A stretch of 64,000 nt of DNA from Candidatus Methanosuratincola verstraetei (GTDB lineage: Archaea; Thermoproteota; Methanomethylicia; Methanomethylicales; Methanomethylicaceae), in NCBI GenBank assembly GCA_049570475.1, contig CP186953.1:1184001-1248000 (forward strand), read 5' to 3'. This document shows positions 56,476 through 64,000 of the stretch, piece after piece. Made by a program: the position numbers and the translations under genes. Position 1 is the first letter of the stretch. The number at the start of each line of letters is the position of its first letter. A model generated the notes under the pieces. The model saw only the letters and a program-made list of their open reading frames with translations, did no database searches and was not told where the DNA came from.

Positions 56476-58635
56476 ATGACCGAGAACAGATCATTAGAGC
56501 TAGAAGTTGCCGAGGCGCGCACCCGAGATGTGGGTCGTGCCTTGGCCAGGCTGAACCGCCAGGCGATGAGCAGGCTTGGCCTGCGGCCTGGCGACTTCAT
56601 CGAAGTGGAGGGGAAGCGGCGGACCGTAGCCATAGCTTGGCCCGCTTACGCTGAGGACGAGGATCACGACATAATAAGGATAGACGGGATAATAAGGCAC
56701 AATACTGGGACCTCTATAGGCGACACCGTGAAGGTCTCCAAGGCCGATCTTAAGCCTGCTTCAAAGATTGTGCTCGCCCCGACTGAGCCGATAAGGTTCA
56801 GCTCTGACTTCGGGGAGTATGTGAGGCAGATCCTGGAAGACAAGCCGCTGAGCAAGGGAGATACTGTGATGGTGCCGATCCTTGGCGAAGCCCTTCGGCT
56901 GGTAGTGGCCTCGATCCAGCCCGAACAATCCGGATACGTCACGGAGGATTCGGAGGTAATCGTGAAGGAGGAGCCGGTCAAGGAGATCGATACCTCCAGG
57001 CCAAAGGTATCCTACGAGGACATAGGGGGGCTCGCGGACGCAAAAGAGAAGATAAGGGAGATGATCGAGCTCCCGATGCGCCACCCCGAGCTCTTCAAGC
57101 ACCTCGGCATCGAGCCGCCGAAGGGGGTGCTGATGTACGGACCGCCCGGGTGCGGCAAGACGCTCCTCGCAAAGGCAGTGGCAAATGAATCCGGTGCCAA
57201 CTTCATCACAATCAACGGCCCCGAGATCATGAGCAAGTTCTACGGCGAGTCGGAGCAGAAGCTCAGGGAGATCTTTGAGGAGGCCGAGAAGAACGCCCCA
57301 AGCATCATATTCATAGACGAGATCGACTCGATCGCCCCCAAGAGGGAGGAAGTATCGGGCGAGGTCGAGAGGAGGGTCGTGGCCCAGCTACTCGCACTCA
57401 TGGACGGGCTCAAGAGCAGGGGGCAGGTCATTGTGATCGCAGCCACCAACCGTCCAGACGCGATAGACCCTGCCCTGAGGAGGCCCGGCAGGTTCGACCG
57501 CGAGCTTGCCATCTCGATGCCCGACAAGAAGGGGAGGCAGGAGATCCTCCAGGTCCATGTTAGAGGCATGCCGCTGAGCGAGGACGTCAAGATAGACGAG
57601 ATTGCGGGGATGACACACGGCTACAGCGGCGCAGACCTGGCGGCGCTCACAAGGGAGGCTGCGATGCGGGCGCTGAGGAGATTCCTGCCGAAGCTTGACC
57701 TCCAGAAGCAGACGATACCCGCCTCGATCCTGAACTCGCTGAAGGTATCCAAGGCTGACTTCCTTGAGGCGATGAAAGACATAACTCCCTCGGCGCTCCG
57801 GGAGGTATACGTCGAGGTCCCGGAGGTCCACTGGGAAGATGTCGGCGGCCTCGCAGACGTGAAGAGGCAGCTGCAGGAGATGGTAGAGTGGCCCCTGAAG
57901 CACCCCGAGCTATTCGAGCAGATGGGAATCGAGCCGCCGAAGGGGATCCTGCTCTACGGACCGCCTGGCACGGGCAAGACGCTCCTCGCGAAGGCTGCTG
58001 CCACCGAGAGCCAAGCCAACTTCATCAGCGTAAAGGGACCCGAGGTCCTGAGCAAGTGGGTCGGCGAGTCAGAGAAGGCGATCAGGGAGATCTTCAAGAA
58101 GGCAAGGCAGGCTGCGCCGTGCATAGTCTTCTTCGACGAGCTTGACTCGATCGCTCCGAGGAGGGGCGGGCATACCGACTCAGGCGTAACCGAGAGGATG
58201 GTCAACCAGATCCTATCGGAGATGGACGGGCTGGTCTCCCTCAAGAATGTCGTGGTCATCGGTGCGACCAACAGGCCAGAGCTCATCGACCCCGCCCTGC
58301 TCAGGCCAGGGCGCTTTGACAGATCCGTATACATACCCATACCTGACCGGGCAGCGAGGGAGGAGATCTTCAAGGTGCACACGAAGAAGATGCCACTGGA
58401 TGAGGGCGTCGACCTGAAGGTCTTGGCTGAGAAGACCGAGGGCTACACTGGCGCCGACATCGCTGCGGTGTGCCGCGAGGCTGCGCTGAGCGCCCTCAGG
58501 GAGGACATGAAACCGAAGAAGATACAGATGAAGCACTTCGAGGCTGCCCTCAAGGCAATACAGCCGAGCGTCTCCAAGGAGGATCTGCTCAGGTACGACG
58601 ACTCGAAAAAGATGCTAGGGAAAATGTTCGTCTGA
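56476..58635 (+). CDS. cdc48: CDC48/VCP-family AAA+ ATPase
   Basis: N-domain plus two AAA modules (GPPGCGKT and GPPGTGKT; RPGRFDR twice). Confidence 0.97.
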   Translation: MTENRSLELEVAEARTRDVGRALARLNRQAMSRLGLRPGDFIEVEGKRRTVAIAWPAYAEDEDHDIIRIDGIIRHNTGTSIGDTVKVSKADLKPASKIVLAPTEPIRFSSDFGEYVRQILEDKPLSKGDTVMVPILGEALRLVVASIQPEQSGYVTEDSEVIVKEEPVKEIDTSRPKVSYEDIGGLADAKEKIREMIELPMRHPELFKHLGIEPPKGVLMYGPPGCGKTLLAKAVANESGANFITINGPEIMSKFYGESEQKLREIFEEAEKNAPSIIFIDEIDSIAPKREEVSGEVERRVVAQLLALMDGLKSRGQVIVIAATNRPDAIDPALRRPGRFDRELAISMPDKKGRQEILQVHVRGMPLSEDVKIDEIAGMTHGYSGADLAALTREAAMRALRRFLPKLDLQKQTIPASILNSLKVSKADFLEAMKDITPSALREVYVEVPEVHWEDVGGLADVKRQLQEMVEWPLKHPELFEQMGIEPPKGILLYGPPGTGKTLLAKAAATESQANFISVKGPEVLSKWVGESEKAIREIFKKARQAAPCIVFFDELDSIAPRRGGHTDSGVTERMVNQILSEMDGLVSLKNVVVIGATNRPELIDPALLRPGRFDRSVYIPIPDRAAREEIFKVHTKKMPLDEGVDLKVLAEKTEGYTGADIAAVCREAALSALREDMKPKKIQMKHFEAALKAIQPSVSKEDLLRYDDSKKMLGKMFV

Positions 58636-58692
58636 GCCGGACATCCCCTTTCTTCTTTCTCCTTCCTTTTTTTGGGCTCCAATCCTCATAGT

Positions 58693-60249
58693 TCATGGGG
58701 GTTGCTGGCACTTCATCCGTTTGGAATAGATCCTGTTAAGGCTCTCCATTATTGCGCTGACCGATGCCATGACGATGTCCCCTCCAACGGCGAGGCCCAT
58801 TGCGGTCCTCCCGTCCTTGTCCTCAGTCGTCACCTCGACTGTGCAGAGCGAGTCCGTCCCGCCTGAGATGGCCTCGAGCTTGTAGTTGAGGAGCCTGATC
58901 TCCTCGCCGAGAGCTGACTGGATTGCCTTCGCGAGCGCATCGACCGGCCCAGTCCCGATGCCGGCGGCTACGCGCCTCTGGTTGTTGTGGGTGAGCTGGA
59001 CCGATGCCGTCGGGGTTATCTTGTTCCCCGTTACGACGAGTATCTCGTCGAGCCTCACCAGCCTCTCCGCATCCGGGACGCTCCCGAGGACTTCATTAAC
59101 TACCGCGTTGACATCCTCCTCGATTATCTTCTTCTTGTGGATCGCGAGTGCCCTGACCTTCTCTACGACCGCTGCGATCTGCCCGTCAGTCAGGTTGTAC
59201 TTCTCCTTGACGAAATTGGCCACCCCGTGCTTGCCCGTGTGCTTCCCCATCACTATCCGCCTCTTCTGGCCCACCATCTCGGGCGTGAGCGGCTCGTAGC
59301 TCTCTGCCTTCGCGAGCACCCCATGGACGTGGATTCCTGCCTCATGCGCGAAGGCGTTGTTCCCAACTATTGGGAAGTTCGGGGGCAGGGAGATCATGCT
59401 GGCCCTCTCAACTACCTTTGAAGCCTCCTTCAGCAGGTTGAGCCTTATCCCAGTCTTTACTCCGTACATTGCATGGAGGGCAGTCACCGTCTGCTCGAGG
59501 CTCGCATTCCCGGCCCTCTCCCCCAGCCCATTGACAGTGACGTGGACCTGTGAGGCCCCTGCCTTGACCCCTGCCAGGGTGTTGGCAACTGCCAGGCCGA
59601 AATCATTGTGGCAGTGCATAGATACCGGCTTCTTCAGCGTTGCCTTGAGCCTGCTTATCAGGTCGAACATCGCCTCGGGCTCCATCACGCCGACCGTGTC
59701 GGGGACATTGTGGACGTCAGCCCCGTGCTCCTCGACCGCGGAATAAAACCTCAAGAGCCTCTCGATGGGGGTCCTGGTCGCGTCCTCGCAGGAGAACTCG
59801 CACTCGAGCCCGTGGGCCTTGACGTAGTCAGTAGCCGCAAGCGCCTGCTCGAGAGCTTTGTCTTCGTCCATCCTCAGCTTGTACTTGAGGTGGACGTCAG
59901 AGGTTGCGATGAAGATGTGGACGCGATCCACCTCGCTGCTGATGCAGGCGTCTATGTCCTTGGTCACGCACCTTGCGAGTCCGCAAATTTTTGCCTTCAG
60001 CCTCTCCCTCTTGATCGTCCTGACGGTATTGCACTCCTCATCTGAATTTACAGGGAATCCTGCCTCGATCACGTCAACCCCGAGCTCGTCCAGCTTCCTT
60101 GCGATCTCTATCTTCTCCTCGAGGGTGAAGCAGACCCCAGGCGTCTGCTCGCCGTCCCTGAGCGTGGTGTCGAGGACCTGCACCCTATCCGGGAGATTGG
60201 ATCTCGCCCTTATGGGCTCGATGAAGTTGCTGACGAAGACCCCTTCCAT
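58693..60249 (-). CDS. 2-isopropylmalate / (R)-citramalate synthase family (LeuA/CimA) with regulatory domain
   Basis: DTTLRDGEQTPG, HCHNDFG, GERAGNA, HEAGIH, GTGPVDA. Confidence 0.92.
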   Translation of the reverse strand: MEGVFVSNFIEPIRARSNLPDRVQVLDTTLRDGEQTPGVCFTLEEKIEIARKLDELGVDVIEAGFPVNSDEECNTVRTIKRERLKAKICGLARCVTKDIDACISSEVDRVHIFIATSDVHLKYKLRMDEDKALEQALAATDYVKAHGLECEFSCEDATRTPIERLLRFYSAVEEHGADVHNVPDTVGVMEPEAMFDLISRLKATLKKPVSMHCHNDFGLAVANTLAGVKAGASQVHVTVNGLGERAGNASLEQTVTALHAMYGVKTGIRLNLLKEASKVVERASMISLPPNFPIVGNNAFAHEAGIHVHGVLAKAESYEPLTPEMVGQKRRIVMGKHTGKHGVANFVKEKYNLTDGQIAAVVEKVRALAIHKKKIIEEDVNAVVNEVLGSVPDAERLVRLDEILVVTGNKITPTASVQLTHNNQRRVAAGIGTGPVDALAKAIQSALGEEIRLLNYKLEAISGGTDSLCTVEVTTEDKDGRTAMGLAVGGDIVMASVSAIMESLNRIYSKRMKCQQPP

Positions 60250-60460
60250 ACGCTACACCATAGGAGAGATAAGATCTGCTCCCTCTTATTTAACTCGGTT
60301 GTCGCAGGGCTGATCCTCAATCCTTTGGGCGGGCCATCCCGAATCACCAGGCAGCCGTAATGGCCGTTTCATGATCCATTCTAATCCCGTGCCGTCTCCG
60401 GATCTGGGGCAAAGATTTAAGATCAAAGGTCGCATATATATGCAATAGCCGGTGAAAAAA

Positions 60461-60838
60461 ATGACCAAGACTCTTAAGGAGAAATTCGACAAGAAGATGG
60501 GGTTCACACCTGCGATAATGCACATCGCTGCCGAGATAGACCCGAAGATGGCCGAGTTCTACAATTTCTGCGACACGGCTGTCCAGGAGGACGGGGCCCT
60601 TCCGTCAAAGTTCAAGATGCTGCTCATCATGGCGATGGGCGCACAGCGCCACTGCAAGGAGTGCGTAGTGTCAGCAATGAGGGGCGCGCACAACAAGGGG
60701 GCTACTGATGCCGAGATAATCGAGGCAATACGCGTAGTGGCGGTAGCCGGGGGAGCTCCTGCGATAACTGCGTGCAAGGACGCCCTCCAGATGCTCAAGG
60801 ACAAGTCCTTCGACAAGATGGGCTGCGGTACAAAGTAA
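60461..60838 (+). CDS. Carboxymuconolactone decarboxylase/AhpD-family protein
   Basis: DGALPSKFK.L, HCKEC, GATDAEIIEA. Confidence 0.85.
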   Translation: MTKTLKEKFDKKMGFTPAIMHIAAEIDPKMAEFYNFCDTAVQEDGALPSKFKMLLIMAMGAQRHCKECVVSAMRGAHNKGATDAEIIEAIRVVAVAGGAPAITACKDALQMLKDKSFDKMGCGTK

Positions 60839-60937
60839 TCGACTTTTCACTTCTATCCTTTTTCTTTATCTTGCCAGCGCATGGCGGAAAATCCCGCGCC
60901 CTTGATGGGTGGGGAGAGTTCCATGATCTGGATCAGC

Positions 60938-61501
60938 CTACTCGTAGAGAACGCCCAGATCCTTCAGCCTCTGGTATATCTTGTCTGCTGCCACCCTGAC
61001 CTCGTCTTCCTGCTTCGCCCCCGTGCACACCATCTTCCCTGAAGAGAAGATCAACAGGACGACCTTGGGGGAGTCCATCCTGTAGATCAAGCCGGGGAAT
61101 TGCTCGGGCTCGTACATGACGTTCTCCAGCAGGAACGCCGCTTTCTCCAAGTTCACCTCTGCGTTGAGGTTGGCCGAGGCGACGATGTTCTGGATCATTA
61201 TCTCTGGGGTGCCTATTATCACAATGTTCCTGTCCTTCAGGTTCTTTATTATCTTCTTGACGGCATTGTGCACTTCCTTTATTGACTTCGCCCCCGTGCA
61301 CACCATCTTCCCTGAAGAGAAGATCAGCGTCGCAGTCCTCGGCTTCGAGATCCTGTACACGAGCCCTGGGAACTGCTCCGGATTGTACTCCACCCCCGGC
61401 ACATTCCCTGAGATCGCATCGAGATCTATGGTCTGGTTCAAGGTCACAGAGGCTACGACATTCTCTATCCTGACGGATGGCTTGATCATTATCCTGCCCA
61501 C
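60938..61501 (-). CDS. tbp: TATA-box-binding protein
   Basis: two repeats of (E/Q)N(V/I)VAS...Y.PEQFPGL.YR...[14 protein letters not shown]. Confidence 0.98.
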   Translation of the reverse strand: MGRIMIKPSVRIENVVASVTLNQTIDLDAISGNVPGVEYNPEQFPGLVYRISKPRTATLIFSSGKMVCTGAKSIKEVHNAVKKIIKNLKDRNIVIIGTPEIMIQNIVASANLNAEVNLEKAAFLLENVMYEPEQFPGLIYRMDSPKVVLLIFSSGKMVCTGAKQEDEVRVAADKIYQRLKDLGVLYE

Positions 61502-61558
61502 CGAACAAAATAACTAGATTTAAAGTTTTTTAATCTGGTTTATAAAGCTTTTTTATTT

Positions 61559-62146
61559 CTAAACAGACCCTTCCATCTTTTTTGCATTCTCTTTTTCGCC
61601 AGAAGGCAGGATTATTATGACTATGATTATCAGTATCACAAGCGAGGCGAGCCAGATGTTCTTGAACCAAAGGAAGGGATAGCCAAGGTATGGGATTGAG
61701 TAGACGACCTTGCCTACTATCCTGTCCTCAGGAACCCAGCTCAGGGGGTTTGACGGGTTCTGGTCTGGGTAGATATTCGCGTCCCCCTTGGTCAGGAAGT
61801 AGTACGTCCCGTTCACCTCAACCTTTTCTATCACCCTGTGGGAGATAGGAAGCGGGTCGTACGATGCAAATATGAAGTAGTCCGAAATGCGCGTCCCTGG
61901 CTGCACATATATCACCGTGTCGCCCACCGGGGGCGGACCAGCCACAATCTCCGATGGATCCACTGCCTGCACGAATATCAGCGACCCTGTAGGGATATTG
62001 GGTTCCATGCTCCCCGACTGCACGGCTGCGACTGGCAGGTTGGTCCCTGAGACGGCCCTTATCGTGTAGACTGCCCCCAGGAAGACTGCAAAAAATATAA
62101 GGGCTGTTATCAGCGTGGCCCTTAGATTTAGACCCATCCCAATCAC
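61559..62146 (-). CDS. Signal peptidase I, archaeal/ER type (S26B)
   Basis: VQSGSMEP, SHRV, TKGDAN, IPYLG. Confidence 0.92.
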   Translation of the reverse strand: MIGMGLNLRATLITALIFFAVFLGAVYTIRAVSGTNLPVAAVQSGSMEPNIPTGSLIFVQAVDPSEIVAGPPPVGDTVIYVQPGTRISDYFIFASYDPLPISHRVIEKVEVNGTYYFLTKGDANIYPDQNPSNPLSWVPEDRIVGKVVYSIPYLGYPFLWFKNIWLASLVILIIIVIIILPSGEKENAKKMEGSV

Positions 62147-63069
62147 TGCTGCTCTCTTAATGGGCCCATCCCAAACCTATTCGCGTTCCTGTCTGCCCTC
62201 TCCTGTATCTTCTTCACAGCCTCCTCATCCAGGTGCCTGAACCTGCCTTGTGCCTTGAGGTATTTCGTGACCGGCTCCCTCCTGGGCACTTGGACAGTCA
62301 GCCTCACTTCCCCGTTGACAGCCTCGTACAGCGGCCAGAGGCCCGTCAGGACCGCGAGCTTTCCGAGCTCAATGCTGTCGCTGGTTTCAGTCCTCCAACC
62401 TGTGGGGCAAGGAGCGAGCACGTGGATCAGAGCTGGCCCGTCAACGTCGAGCCCCTTCCTTACCTTGTTCATCAAGTCGAATGGGTAAGAGGGGCAGGCC
62501 GTGGCCGCATAAGGTATCCCGTGAGCCATTGCAATGCCAAAAAGGTCTTTCTTCTCAGTCCTCTGCCCGATTGATCTCTTTCCGGGTGGCGATGTTGTTG
62601 TCGCCGCCCCAAACGGAGTGGCAGAGCTGCGCTGGATGCCCGTGTTCATGTATGCCTCGTTGTCGTAGCAGACGTAAAGGATGTCGTCCCCCCTTTCCAT
62701 GGCTCCGCTCAGCGACTGGAGCCCAATGTCGAAGGTCCCGCCATCCCCGCCTATCACGATCACATCTGCCTTCTCCTCTGTTTTTCCCTTCCTCTGCAGG
62801 ACCTTCAGGGCATTCGAAATTCCGGCTCCAACGGCCGCCCCGTTCTCGAATGCTATGTGGACCCATGGCACTCTCCATGCGCTCTGCGGGAAGTAGCTGG
62901 TAGAGACCTCCAGGCATCCCGTAGGGCTAACGACGATCGTGTTCCTTCCAGACGCCTTGAGGATCTGCCTCACCGCTGTCCCTGCTGCGCACCCTGCACA
63001 GAGCCTATGCCCCGGCGCTAGAAGCTCTTCTTTGGGAACGTCCTTGACCGACTTGAAGATCTTGCTCAT
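62143..63069 (-). CDS. porB: Pyruvate (2-oxoacid):ferredoxin oxidoreductase beta subunit
   Basis: GHRLCAGC, TGCLEV, GGDGGT.DIG, YDNEAYMNTGIQRS, PCPTGW. Confidence 0.92.
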   Translation of the reverse strand: MSKIFKSVKDVPKEELLAPGHRLCAGCAAGTAVRQILKASGRNTIVVSPTGCLEVSTSYFPQSAWRVPWVHIAFENGAAVGAGISNALKVLQRKGKTEEKADVIVIGGDGGTFDIGLQSLSGAMERGDDILYVCYDNEAYMNTGIQRSSATPFGAATTTSPPGKRSIGQRTEKKDLFGIAMAHGIPYAATACPSYPFDLMNKVRKGLDVDGPALIHVLAPCPTGWRTETSDSIELGKLAVLTGLWPLYEAVNGEVRLTVQVPRREPVTKYLKAQGRFRHLDEEAVKKIQERADRNANRFGMGPLREQQ

Positions 63070-64000
63070 TCTCTCAACCCCACGTAAATGCAGCGCCCTG
63101 CCCCCTTCTTGGCAGCGCTTTCAGTCGCGTTATACATCGTCATGAAGTCATCCTGAGTTATGTCTCTGCCCCCGAGACCCGCTACGAATCCTTGGAGAGT
63201 AGGCCTCTCCTGCATATCATATAGTGCTGCGGCTATCTCGTTGTAGAGGGGGTTCCCGAAGCCGCCGGGCGTAGTTGCCCTGTCCACGACACCAACCGCC
63301 TTTATGCCCTTGAGGGCAGACCTGATCTCCTCAGCTGGGAAAGGTCTGAATAACCTGAGGGATATTACACCCACCTTCTTGCCCTCCTCGCGGAGGGAAT
63401 TTGCAACCTCCTTCGCCGACCCGAATATGGACCCCATTACTATCAGTGCTGCATCCGCCCCATCCATCCCGTATGCCTCGATCTCGCTGTAGTTCCTCCC
63501 GAACCTGGAGTTAAATTCCCTGTCGATCTCCTTGATCTTCAGCCTGCTCTTCTCGATCGCATCGATCGCCTGGTACTTCATCTCATAGTAGTATTCAGGG
63601 GGTCCGACGACCCCTGTCGCATAGGCAGTCTTCGTTGAGACCCTGTTCTCGAGGGGCTTGGAGGGTATGAACTTCCTCACCTCTTCCTCGTCGGGCAGCT
63701 CGACCGGCTCGTACATGTGGCTGACTATGAAGCCGTCCATGTTAACCATCACCGGGAGGCGCGTCTCCTCTGCGATCTTGAACGCCTCGATCGTTGTGTC
63801 GAAAGCCTCCTGCGCCGACCTGACCCACAGCTGTATCCAGCCTGCGTCCCTCTGTGCCATCGCGTCTGAATGGTCATTCCAGATGTTCAGCGGGGCGGAG
63901 AGCGCCCTGTTGACGTTTGCCATTACGATGGGCGTCCTTAGCCCTGATGCCATGAATAGTATCTCGTGCATGAGCGCCAGACCCTGCGAGGATGTCGCAG
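63066..64000 (-). CDS. porA: Pyruvate (2-oxoacid):ferredoxin oxidoreductase alpha subunit, 5'-truncated by window edge
   Basis: ATSSQGLALMHE, NRALSAPLNIWNDHSD, RPFP, GLGGRD. Confidence 0.92.
   Translation of the reverse strand, partial: ATSSQGLALMHEILFMASGLRTPIVMANVNRALSAPLNIWNDHSDAMAQRDAGWIQLWVRSAQEAFDTTIEAFKIAEETRLPVMVNMDGFIVSHMYEPVELPDEEEVRKFIPSKPLENRVSTKTAYATGVVGPPEYYYEMKYQAIDAIEKSRLKIKEIDREFNSRFGRNYSEIEAYGMDGADAALIVMGSIFGSAKEVANSLREEGKKVGVISLRLFRPFPAEEIRSALKGIKAVGVVDRATTPGGFGNPLYNEIAAALYDMQERPTLQGFVAGLGGRDITQDDFMTMYNATESAAKKGAGRCIYVGLRE

Noticed and set aside
57100-57995. 17-18-bp identical stretches between the CDC48 D1 and D2 modules
   Set aside because: They are short and interrupted by synonymous differences, so protein conservation plus codon bias explains them, unlike the 41-bp tbp repeat.
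1-64000. CRISPR arrays, tRNA/rRNA/SRP/RNase P genes, Sec/Pyl read-through, methanogenesis marker genes
   Set aside because: No repeat-spacer periodicity, cloverleaf, conserved RNA signature, in-frame stop splitting a recognisable protein, or mcr/mtr-like ORF was seen by eye. tRNAscan-SE and Infernal would be needed to exclude small RNAs formally.

Overview
Gene-dense, GC-rich chromosomal segment from an anaerobic archaeon. Archaeal markers include TBP, Alba, an Sm-like protein, archaeal-type SAM synthetase, type II GAPDH, cupin PGI, CDC48, an RqcH/NEMF homologue and ATP-dependent DNA ligase. Gene content suggests a Thermoproteota/TACK anaerobe such as Ca. Methanomethylicia (Verstraetearchaeota), but this is inference and no mcr genes lie in this window. 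About 64 CDS are mostly housekeeping or metabolic: SufC/SufB, pyrG, mat, fumarase alpha/beta, pgi-pgk-gap-pgm, an Fe/B12-type ABC transporter, iorAB, acdB, porAB, gatCAB and a leuA/cimA-like synthase. The main highlight is a single ORF fusing a complete tungsten-type aldehyde:ferredoxin oxidoreductase to a 3-hexulose-6-phosphate synthase domain, divergent from a MoaD/SAMP gene. This is a plausible formaldehyde-channelling module for the reverse RuMP pathway. Other highlights: (1) an IS607 element whose TnpA serine nucleophile (S>L) and TnpB RuvC-III aspartate (D>Q) both appear substituted; (2) a pair of RHH-like regulators beside an S-layer-like gene whose promoter has three GTNNACAT boxes exactly 30 bp apart; (3) a frameshifted alba; (4) a 41-bp perfect repeat between the two halves of tbp. 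No rRNA, tRNA or CRISPR array was recognised. All calls are from motif recognition by eye, with no database searches.
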